From contig JANJGN010000020.1 in NCBI GenBank assembly GCA_026770705.1, positions 9,300,001-9,364,000 on the forward strand: DNA of 64,000 nt. Direction: 5' to 3'. A program made the translations under genes and the position numbers. The notes below the pieces were generated by a model. The model had not been told where the DNA came from. It saw nothing but the letters and a program-made list of their open reading frames with translations, and did not search any database. The DNA comes from Isurus oxyrinchus (Eukaryota). Of this stretch, positions 38,006-50,000 are shown piece after piece; within the stretch, counting starts at the first letter, position 1; every line of letters begins with the position of its first letter.

Positions 38006-41000
38006 GTAAATAGTTACCGTCTGGATACCGCCAACGACTCCGGTCAAACTCATTGATTCAACGGCTACTTTCTCCGAACTGTGGATTGGTTTCTTGTGCA
38101 ACGTTAGAATTCCTGTAAAAGCAGAGATTTTAGTGTGAAATGGCCCTGAGAGATCCTACCTGTTTTTTTTTTCTCCTATTCTGGATAAATTGCCAGTAAA
38201 ATCGCACGATGTGTATGGCAGACACTGTGTTAGCCCCCCAAGCAGTGCCTCTTGAACGGTCACGCAGTTCAGTGTGCGTCTGCAACCCCAATTAAATTAA
38301 CTGCTTTCGGTTTCGGGTCTTAACCTTCTGGATTTTGCGGTTATGCTTAAACGCGACTGAGGGCAGCAATTTCCCAAGAATGATGCTGAGATTTCAGATC
38401 AGCAAACTGATCGGTTTAAACACGAGAATTTGCATTTGCATCGTCCGAGGGCCGAACTTGTGACTTCCCCCCCCCCCCCCGCCTTTCGTTGCCTCTGAAA
38501 TATTTTTAAATCCCAAATCTTCTATTGGTTACACAACCAAGTAATACCAACAAGTTATCTCATACCTTTTGTATGGCTGACTCAACAAGAAATGATCACC
38601 TATCAGAATCCAATGAATGAGTCAAAACAATACCCATGTATTGAATGAATGTTCACATCTTTGCAAGTATATTCTTGTCTGACGGAGTATTGTGAAACTG
38701 CTGAACTTTATGTTGGAAGCTCTTCAAATGAATTAAGTTTATTTAAAAATGACTCTTTCCCAGTTTTCACTGCTGTCCCGCCACCACCATTTCGGACCAG
38801 TATCTTTATTTCCCAGTTTTTCCCCCTCCTCACTTTCTCGCCCCCTCTCCGCCCACCATGGGAACACACTGCGATTCAACAACCCTCTGTGTAAAGAAAG
38901 AAATTTTCCTAATATATCCTTGCTCCTATTACTGATGATTTGAAATTGATAACTCTGTTGCTGAGCCCAGAATAAAACACTGGGGGGAAACTATGAAAAT
39001 CTTTCATGGTTTAAAATAATCTATTAAATCTCATCGTAGAAAATTATAGCCGTTCAGCCCATCAAGCCTGCACCTACTTTTTAAAGTGCAACCCAGTTAG
39101 TCTCGCTCCTTTTTTTTGCATAACACTGCAATTTTTTCTGAAGTATTTATCTGATTCCTTTTTGAAAGCTACTATTGAATCTGTATCCTTCACCCTGCCG
39201 GGCAGTGTAGTTAAAATCCTAACCATGCCTTAATTATAAAAAAAAATGTTGTTACTGGTAGAATAGTCCTTGTGCCTTAATGGTCTCCTCACACCCTGTT
39301 TTATCATCTCATAGTCACTGGATTTATGCTACATATTCTGGGTGGCCTCTGCACTCTTGGGATGCCTTACTCTGGACATAGGTTCTCTCTAGTTATGGCA
39401 AAACTATCACCTTGTATGAGTTTATCATAATTTTATGCTCCTGTTTATAGAACCCCAGAATACTATAGGCTGTATATATACCTAAACAAAATCAGAATTA
39501 CCTGGAAAAACTCAGCAGGTCCGGCAGCATCAGCGGAGAAGAAAAGAGTTGACGTTTCGAGTTCTCATGACCCTTCGAAGTTCTGTTGAAGGGTCATGAG
39601 GACTCGAAACATCAACTCTTTTCTTCTCCGCTGATGCTGCCGGACCTGCTGAGTTTTTCCAGGTAATTCTGATTTTGGTTTGGATTTCCAGCATCTGCAG
39701 TTTTTTTGTTTTTATCTCTGTATATATACCTACACATATGCACTTCCAAGTAAATATGCTGGCACCCTGGGATTCTCTGTCCTCCACACTACTTGCTATC
39801 TTTCCATTAAGTTTATACTCCCAAATCCTTGCTTTCTGCCCAACATATATTTCCTTTCTCTTCCCCCCCCCCCCCCCACCTCCCCCCCCCAATGCTTGTT
39901 AAATTTTAAAAGTGCAATTTAATATTATTGAGGTGTGGACATCATTGGCAACCGGGGTTGAGTTCTGGTCATAAACCAGCTGATCGCCGCCATGTTGTGG
40001 TATTGACTGGTCACTTTGACCCCTCCCCCGGACTTTGTCACAAGAATCCAGAAATTGTTAGTCGACTTCTTCTGGGACAAAAGATTGCACTGGGTCACAG
40101 CTGAGGTTCTGAGTCTCCCGCTTAGGGAGGGTGGTCAGGCGCTAGTGTGCATACGCACACAGGTGGTGACTTTCCGCCTTCAGACCCTGCAGCGATACCT
40201 TTACGTCGAGCCTCCTCCTAGATGGTGTGCCCTGACGACGTATTTCTTCCGTCAGGTGCACGGCCTGAATTATGACGTGCAGCTCCTGTTTATAGAACAG
40301 AGGGGCCTCGATGGCTCCTTGCAGGCGTTGCCCGTCTTTTACCAGGACCTGATCAAAGTCTGGAAAATGGTCGCCTCGCGACGCAGCTCTCCCCCGTCAG
40401 GAGTAGCGGCTATTGTCAGAGAGCCGCTGCTCAGGAATCCGCCTCTCCGTCCTTTTCAGTGGTTGGCGGAGAGGAGGGCTGTGGCCACAGGGGTGACCAG
40501 GATCGGGTACGTGCTAGGTGGCGGAGGACTGGGCTGGATGCTCCCGCAGGAGTTGGCGCGTCGCGCGTCTGTGAGTGTCCAGGTCGCAGCCGATGCCATC
40601 CAAGACCTGAGAACGGTCGTGCTCGGACCCAATGTTATTTTGGGTCTTGAGGTGGCCCAGGTGCGCGGTGGTCTTCCATCTGAACGTTCCCCTGTTCGGA
40701 CAGAATTCCACATTGGCCCCAAGCCCCGAACCCTCCCTCGGGTGCTGGTGCCCCACAATATGAGCCGCCTCAGGGACATGCCCTCTGTGCCTTTTGGCAC
40801 AACAAAGAGGAGCTTTTTGTATGGACTGCTGCTGCACACCTTCCATTTTCTCACCCTTGTCCGCCGCCCGGACACGCCCTGGCATGCCTTGTTGCCGTCT
40901 GGCGGCGGAGGCCCTCTACGGAGGTATCCTCCCCCTTTCTATCGGGGACCTGGGTTGGAGGGTGTTGCATGCAGCAGTCCCTTATAACAGGAGAATGCAT

Positions 41001-44000
41001 AGGTTCACAGACTCCCAGGACACATGCCCTTTTTGCGGTCTTGTGGAGTCCGTGGACCATGCATATATAGGGTGTGGTAGGCTGCACTCCCTTTTTAGTT
41101 ATTTGAAAAACCTTTTATTGATGTTTTGTTAGCACTTCAGCCCCACGCTCCTGATCTATGGGCACCCGGTGCGGAAGGGAGTCGGGAAGGAGGAGGACCT
41201 CCTCGCGAACCTGCTCCTGGGCCTGGCCAAGTTGGCCATTAACAGGTCCAGGCAGCGGGCGATCGACGGGGGAGTCCCGCCCGATTGTTTTTCCCTCTTC
41301 CGCGGCTACGTTCGTGGCCGGATGTCCCTGGAAAGGGAGCACGTGGTGTCTGCTAGCACTCTCGATGCCTTCCGTGCCAGGTGGGCACCGCGGGGACTGG
41401 GGTGTTTTATTGACCCCTTTAATCACATTTTGGTTTGAAGTTGTAAGTTTCCTTTAAATTTTGTCTTTAGTTTTACAGCTGACCTGAATTAGGGGCTGTG
41501 CTTGATTTGTCCTCATTTTGTTGATTTGGTTTAATTGGTTTAACCTGAAAGATTATTGGCAAGGCTAGCATTTGTTGCCTGTCCTTAATTACCCTTGAAC
41601 TGAGTAGCTTGTTCAGCCATTCCAGAGGGTAGTTAAGAATCAACTACATTGCTGTGTCTGGAGTCACATGTAGGCAGATTTCCTTCCCTAATTATTAATG
41701 AACTAGATAGGTTTGTAACACCAATTGATGATAGTTGTCATGGTTACTATAACTAGCTTTCAATTCCAGATTTTATTAATTGAATTTACATTCCACTTGC
41801 TGCCATTGGTGGGATTTGAACCCATGTCCCCAGGGCAATTGTACTGGGCGTCTAGATTATTAGTCCAGTGATATTACCACTACACCATCTTCCCCTCTGC
41901 CACCTGTTTGCCCATTCCACCAACTCATCTCTTTCTGAAGTATTTTACAGCCCTCCCTCTGTTTGCCAAACCTCCTACTTTTATGGCTACTTTTTTTGGT
42001 ATTGCGTTCTCCTTACTCAACTTCAAATGTTGTATCTGTGTACAGAACAAATAGATCCAGCAGTGACTCCTGGAGTGTACCACTTCCAATCCTCCTGCAA
42101 TTTGTGTGCCACCTATTTCCCCTAACCCTTTGGGATGCAGTGTTCAGCTTGAGTGTGGGTGTAAATTGGGTAGTAGTGGATCTGTTACATGTCCTGTGAT
42201 TTTTTTTTGTTGCTGACATGGGTTGAGAGTGTATGCCAGATGCCTGTCACACTCTCCCCTGTTTTGTATCTCCCTGAAATTGAAAGCTCTAGTATTTGTT
42301 TCGTATCCAATCTGTTACATTTCCTCTTGGACCATGTGCCTGCCTTGCATTCATGTAGGTCCCTTTTATCAAGAAGAAATCTGGCGGAGCTTCACAGATA
42401 AGAAAATAAGCCTCCTTTCAGGCACCTTATCAAATGTCTTGCTTCTAGAGCTGAGAATGGTAACTGTTGTAATGATGATGGTTACAGAACATGTCTGTTA
42501 AGGAAGTCTTCATAATCTTCTATATGTTAACAGCAAGTCTTTATTACTTGTACTACTTGCAACTATGTACACATACACAGTAAAGGGTACAGGTAAGGGT
42601 ACAGGTAAGGAGCTATCTCCATGTCTCAGCCTTAACATGTCTCTGCTCAACACAACACTGACCCTAGGTCTGGGTCATGTGCTGCCTTATATTGATGTGT
42701 GGGCAGTACTGTACTCAGTCCCACATTAACCCTGTGTATACCAGACCCGATACTACAGTAATTGTTACTGTAGTAACTTTTTGTAGTAGCTATCTTTTCA
42801 CACACACAAACTGAGAAAACCTCTCTTCAATGTTTTATTTGTTGGATGCTGCAAAATAAATGCCCTTTATAAAAGTACTCTTTTTGTCTTTTTTAAAGGG
42901 ACAGAATCAGAAACTTGTGGTGTTATCTCACTTTGCTGGGAAATTACATCAAGTGTAACGTCTGAGAGGTAAATATATTACAGGATGATCTACATCAGTA
43001 GATTGAAACAGATGGAGACCTCCAGGAATCAAGCTGTCCATGAAACTGCATTGCAGCAACAATTAGGTTATCAAGTCATCAGATGATTCAGAAGACGTAA
43101 TGTGCCAAATTATTCTAAAGATCTTTACTAAAAGAATGATAGTAATGTGTATTAGATCTAATTTAATTACCATGCGATCTCTGGCTAGCCCAGTGAGATT
43201 CAAACTTTATTCCTATTTCTGACTTGGTACTTTTTCACCATTTATCACTGTTTCTCCACTGTCGTGGGTCAAAATCCTGGAACTCCCCTCATAACAACAC
43301 TGTGGGAGCAACTTCAGGGGATGTCAGTGGTTCATGGAGGGTCACCACCACCTTCCCAGGGGTTGGGGGGGGGGGGGGGTGCAAGTAGGGATGGGTAATA
43401 AATGCTGGCCTTGCTGATATCCCAACTTTTCCCCAGAAATTCAGTAATTGTTTTGACCAACTGGTGTTGCTCTTGTTGTTTGGTAAAAATGTTTCTTTGC
43501 TTTGTGGTTCCAGTAGAAAGCTTTATTTAAACAGCAACAACATTCTTGAGGCTGAAAGAGTAAGAAAATCTGGCTCTTGGTTTCTGGAACCGAGGACACA
43601 GCACACCCTCCAGTATTCACAAGGGAACAAGTCATCTACTTGGAGGATCTACACCATGTGTATGTGAATATTAATAATGCTGCTTTCTTCAAAGTTTTCC
43701 CTGCTCTGAACAGCCTGTGCTTTGCTAATGAATAATGGCTTGCTTTGTCTGTGCCTTGGGGTCACCAGCGTATGGGTGCATGGAGGAAGATCATGCAAAG
43801 AGTATTGCGGACCAATAACCGTGCCTGTTGAATCTTCCATCTATTTACAATGAATGGATGGGACATTGGATAGCTGCCATCACTGGGCTACAATCCTCCC
43901 TGCCCAGTTTTCTTCCAGATGGTCAACCCAAGACCATAAACAGGAAATTTTCCCCCATGATTTTGATTGACAACAACTTGCATTTGTATAGCACTGTACT

Positions 44001-47000
44001 GTAGTAGCACATCCCAAGGTACTTCACAGGAGTGTTATCCTGAGTTATTGGGATGGGTGATCAAAATGTTGGAGAAAGAGATAGGTTTAAAGAAGCACCT
44101 TAAAGGAAGAGACAGAGGGAGGAGAGAGAGAGAGAGAGAGACGAAGTTTACGGTGAGAGTTCCAAGCTTGCATGGGGCCTAGATAACTGGAGGCACGGCT
44201 GCCAATGATAATCTTTTAAATGAAAACCAAATCAACAAAATCGGGATAAATCAGGCACAGCCCCTAATTCAGGTCAGCTGTAAAACGGCTGCCAATGATG
44301 GGGTAATGATGCACAGGAGGCCAGAATTAAAGGAGTGCAGAGATTTCTTAAGTGTTTTAGGACTGGGGGAAATTAGAGGTGAAAGCGAGAGATTGTGGGA
44401 GGGATTTGAAAGCCAAGGTGAGAAGTTTAAGTGGAGCATTTCTGGACCTGGAAGCAATGTAGGTCAGCAGATGCATGGATGATAGGTGATTGGGACTTGG
44501 TGTGAGCTAGGTGTTGGACAGCAGCATTTTTTGAGCCCAGGTTTACACCAGCCAATTGCATGTACAGTGCCACCTTTCTATCATTGAGATTTGTACAGTC
44601 CTGAGGTCCTTCATCTGATTTGCTGTTCTGTGGAACTTTTCTTTCTGGGCATTGGCTGCTGTGTTTGACAATGTTGGTTAAGTCCCACCACTGACAAGCT
44701 GTGGATATCACAGGAAATTGCCTACATTGGACAAATTGAGCTAACCATTTACCACAGGAGTCACTTTTTAGCAAAGCATCGCTTCTAAATAGTTGGTGCA
44801 TTGACTGTTTCAAGCAGTTCACTAAGTATTTCGCCCATAATTTTTCAAATTTTCTACTGATTTCGAGCAAAGATCAGACCTTTGAGCAGTTTCAACCAGC
44901 TCATTAAAGTGCAATTAACTCAGTGACGAGATTCTGGGTGTCACTGTCAACAATTAGGCAGTTGCTAAGTGGAGCTTTCCTGTTTTTTTTTTTATTAAAG
45001 ATGTCGGCTATTTTGCTCTTTTGGGTTTACCACCCACAGCAGTATCATGGGGAAATTGTGTTAACCCCATCATGCCTGCTATAAATGGTTGGGGTATACT
45101 TGAAAACTGGCTGTGAATCCTTCTGGGACATCCTGAAGTTGGGATGAGGCAATCTCTAAATGATTAGAAGGCACTTTCTTGAGCCTTAATCCATTTCCTG
45201 GCTTGAACTGAAGGAAAATAATTCTGTTCTTTCCTGAAACATGGTGGATAATTTTAAGGAAAGGGATTGTATAGAATCTACAGCACAGAAATGGGTCATT
45301 CACCCCAACTGCTCTATGCTGGTCTTTATGATCCACACAAGCCTTCCTTGTATCATGCTCTCACTTTTTCAGAGCCACTTCATCCAATTCAGGGTTACAG
45401 GGAATGGGAGCCTAGCCCAACAGGCAATGGGTGCTAGGCAGGGTGCACCCAGGATAGGACCCCAATCGATCACAGGGTGCACACAGAGGGACAATTTACT
45501 GTCGCTAATCCACCTAACATGTACATCTTTGAATGGTGGGAGGAAACCGAAGCACCTGGTGGAAACTCTCACAGACGCTGGGAGGACATGCAAACTCCAC
45601 ACAGACAGACCACCAGAGGTCAGGATTGAACCTGGGTCCCTGGAGCTGTGAGGCAGCAGCGCTAACCACTGCGCCATTGTGCTGCTGCCTTGTCTTACTC
45701 TATCAACATAATCTAAGTGCAAAAATGATTAGACATAGCCATGTCAAAGCTGCAGTTTCTTTTAATGTTAAAAATTTTGCAAATAAATGTTTTTTTTTCC
45801 CTTTTTATAATGACATTGAGGTCCTCCACACCTACAAGTGGCGTCCTTAAATGGAAGTGGTGCAGAAATGGCCCTCATGCATTCAGCTAACTTGGTAAGT
45901 GGTAAGCTTTTGAATGTATTGGGAGTTGGATCGTATGAGATGGGTTTCCCACTTTAATCCAGGCTTTAATGACTTGTGATCAATGCTGCCTTTCTTTTCT
46001 TTTTAGAAAATGGAAGACTCTGAACTAAGTTTCCAGTTCCAAAGGAACGTTAGACTGGGCTGTCAGGGAGAACTGCTTTACTTCTCCGAGGCAGATGGTG
46101 TAGCTCTGGCATTAGGTGTGATATATACTTTCCTTAAAATCTTTAAAAGCTGAAAAGAGAGACATGTTGTCAAAGTTTTTCATCTTGCACTCATCAGGAC
46201 AAATGCAAGAATGCCAAATTTCAAAAGATCACAACAACTTATACTACAGGCGAAGAGGCTGCTGATTGGTTGGCAATTTGACTCTGATTGGCAAGGTGTT
46301 ACCATAGAGAAAGTGACAGGGGCTCTATAGGCTCCCCAAGCTCCCAGTTCAAAAAAGGTGCAGGGCTTGAACATTTTCCTCCTGTTTGCAGAGAAGGAAT
46401 CCCTGGGTATGGATGTATGTCGCTTCTAGCAAGCCTAATTGAGCCACATTACGAGCTTGACTGATCGTTTGAAACTTGGCATTCTTGCATTTGTCCAGAT
46501 GAGTGCACAAGATGAAAAGCTTCAGCAAGATTCACATTCTGTACTACCCAAGTGACTCTTTTTAAAAGAAAAACATTGTGGATGCTGGAAATGTAAAATA
46601 AGTACAGAAAATACTTGAAAGCCTTCAGGTCAGCAGCATGTGTGGAGAGAGAAACAGTTAATGTTTTAGCTTGATGAACTTTTTATCAAAACCTTTTTGA
46701 AATATATAAATATGTTTGCGATTTAACTATGGCGTTCCAGCATCTGTCAAATTGTTTATGGCTTTTTCAAGGAGAAAATGTCCAATAGTTTGTTTTTTCG
46801 CTGACCATTAAAACTAACCATTAAAATTGATTCAATCTTAACAGTTCTTGCCAATCAATTCCCCTTGAAGATCAGTACAGTTAACACGTCTCTGAGTCTC
46901 TCCTGGGATTTCAGAGACTGTTTCCTTAAGGATTCTCTCTGCACCCTTCTATTGTCTGATGAGGATGGCAACAACTTACCTCAAGTGATTGTTCAAGACC

Positions 47001-50000
47001 AGAACCATGAAACCACGGGCCTAATGCCATGTAAACGCTACATGGCATGTTTGAATATTGCAGGACAACATGATATCTGTGCTGCGACCAAAACAGGTAG
47101 TGTACTCATTCTTGATGAGCTTCCCAGTTATCTACATGTTTAAAAAATCTTGCACTTCTTGTCCACAAACCTGCTGTGTCACTACGCTTGCCATTTTAAA
47201 GTTAGGTCAACAATTTTACCATGTCAACTGTCACACTTTATTTCAGGCTCTAGCCACTGGGTGGTGCTGTGGAGTAACGTTTCTGAAACTTCCCTCCCAA
47301 CTTTGCCACCATCTATAAACATGTATTCAGACAAACCATGGGCAACATCATGCACAATTTTAAAGTTTAGTCTAATAACTTGGCAAACAAAGTTTACTTA
47401 ATTGCATGAGTGATGTTTGTACCAAACTGGATAGAATAGAATTGGCCTGAGTGGTTAAACCTTCAGAATATAATATTTCGGACAGATTGATAGATGGTAA
47501 TATTTGTCATACTTTATTAGGATTTATTCAGAATAAGGGTGTGAAGTGATTAAGTTCTCTAGCGATTTTATCAGAAATGAGAATCTCCAGAGACCTGTGT
47601 ATCCGTGAACCCTAGATGTCCACCCTTGTTTTGAGAGACCCAGTTTCCCTCTGCGTAGCCCACATGGCTTGTAGAATTCCAAAATCCACTGCCTTGTTTT
47701 GTCTGCAGCTCCCAAATTGGCCAGTTACTCATGGTAGACTATGCTAACCCTGAACTCAGGAATTCCATGTTGTTTGATCACTGTATTAGCATCACAGCTG
47801 GGACAGATGTCTTCTCTCACCTAGACAGAAACATCCCTCCATTTGATTGTTCTGCACAGACAAAGATTTTTAATCCTTTCCTAGTATATGGTACCTACAT
47901 TCTAAGTATCTGTGAAGCAATCCTTCAGTACTGATTATCTTCCAGAGTTTCTCCTTTTCAGTGAAATTGAATAATATTCCAATCAAATCAGTAACTTTTT
48001 AAGCAGGCTCATTAATGTATTTTCTAATATTGATTTCAACTGAAAATAAGTAGATGACTAGCTGCAACACTGGTGGTGAACAAAAGGTCATCACTCCACC
48101 AGACACATTTCTGAAAAATTATCTCTACAAATTGATAGATTCTCAAGAAGCAAAGTATCTATTTTGTGGTCTTTCCCAACAATGTACCATCCAGAGCCAC
48201 GGGGGAAGAGAATGGGATTAGTGTCTGCTCTAGAAAAGGGTTGACAGACTGTAATTGTGGTGTTCAATTGCTTTGTTTAGTTATGAGAGTCTGTTTATTA
48301 TTAATGCTCACTGCGCTTGAATGGTTAAGCATGGGTGTGGACCCAGAGAAAAGTAAACGAAGCATGGAGCAGACATTTTAAAAGCACTGTGAACAAAACC
48401 TATTGCACACTTGAAACTGTGCAACGATGACACTAGTTTCTGAGAGATAAAATATACAATAGCAATGGGCTGAATGGCCTATTTTGTGCCATGAACATCC
48501 ATGGTTTGACTCACATCAAAGCTCAGAATCTTCCACTGTACTAGTATAATTTTTTTTATATCTCACCAATGACCTGAGCACATTTTTTTCACCTCTGGCC
48601 AATTTGCAGCTACTTCCATGCCATGATGATATGATAACCAGGCATTGAATTTCAACTGGTTACATGCTACTTACAAAGGAGTTGCAGCTGATTCAGAGAA
48701 GATGTGATCCTAATATGCCAATCAGAACCCAAATTTCAGAGGCATTAAAAATTTAATTATAGAAAATGTTAATCTTCAAGGACTAAGAACATTCTGGAAG
48801 AGTTTGTTTTTAACGCTCTGTTCCTTAAAGGGTTAATGCAAGAACTCTATCTTCCAAGAAATGCATCCATTTACAAGAAAAGGTAATTAAGCAGTTTTAA
48901 AGAAGCTGGGAACCTCTTGACCCTGGTGGACTGTGTACAAAAGGGGTCACGTGGTAGCTTATGGCTCTGAATGCCTGGAACTATTTCAAAAGTGGGTTTT
49001 TGTTGCTCTTTGAGAAGGAGGACAAACTGCTTGAGAAGGAAGATGGCAGCCTGTTTGCAGTCCAGAGTCGGTCCACAGCCAGAAGTGAATATAAGCTTCT
49101 TCTAAGTTGCTCCATGTGCTGGAATTGAGTACCTGCAGGTGATCCTTGAGTCTGCCTGAAAAGCAATGTAGCAGTCATTGATTGTTTTGCAGATCAGCAC
49201 TGGGAGACCAACCACGTAACCCAGATGTTATTTCAAGGAACGCACGCCTGATCAAAGCAAAGAATTGACCCAGATTCGCCAGAAATGTTTTGGCAAAATG
49301 TTGTTGCATTTTTTGAATTCGGCATGCAAGGTTTCCAGTCTAATAAAAGTCCCTCTTATCTTCCTTGTTTTGTTGGAGTTTGCTTTCCATTGGAGTGTAA
49401 TTGTTGCCTGAAGAGTTGAATGAAACAAGATTTAAATGCTGACCATATAACCACATTAACTCCTTCAGCAGCAGCAGTGTGTGTACCATCTACAAGATGC
49501 ACTGCAGAAATACACACAGTAGCAGCAGTGTGCACCATCTACAAATGCACTGCAGAAATACACACAGTAGCAGCAGTGTGTGCACCATCTACAAGATGCA
49601 CTGCAGAAATACACACAGTGGCTGCAGTGTGTGCACCATCTACAAGATGCACTGCAGAAATACACACAGTAGCAGCAGTGTGTGCACCATCTACAAGATG
49701 CACTGCAGAAATACACACAGTAGCAGCAGTGTGTCCACACCATCTACAAGATGCACTGCAGAAATTCACCAAGGCTCCTTCGACAGCACCTTCCAAACCC
49801 ACTACCACCTAGAAGGACAAGAGCAGCAGATAGATGGAACACCAGCACCTGCAAGTTCCCCCTCCACGTCATTCACCATTCTGACTTGGAAATAAATCGC
49901 CGTTTCTTCACTGTCGCTGGGTCAAAATCCTGGAACTCCCTCCCTAACAGCACTGTGGGTGTACCTACACCACATGGACTGCAGCGGTTCAAGAAGGCAG

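Noticed and set aside
40016-40987. Longest ORF in the window (323 aa) as a host gene
   Set aside because: It is the post-RT region of a 5'-truncated Tx1/L1 ORF2, bounded by a TSD and followed by a frameshift and stop.
45630-45680. tRNA-like A/B boxes here and at 41810, 55010 and 60590
   Set aside because: These are SINE heads, not tRNA genes; each continues into a SINE body.
47100-48200. Unique-looking intronic sequence with short ORFs (possible extra exon or viral relic)
   Set aside because: No phase-1/1 exon with good splice sites and no recognisable protein motif found.
49420-49895. Repetitive Cys/His-rich ORFs on both strands; superficially CRISPR-like periodicity
   Set aside because: A contiguous 51-bp tandem repeat inside a LINE remnant, with no unique spacers or cas genes, in a eukaryotic context.
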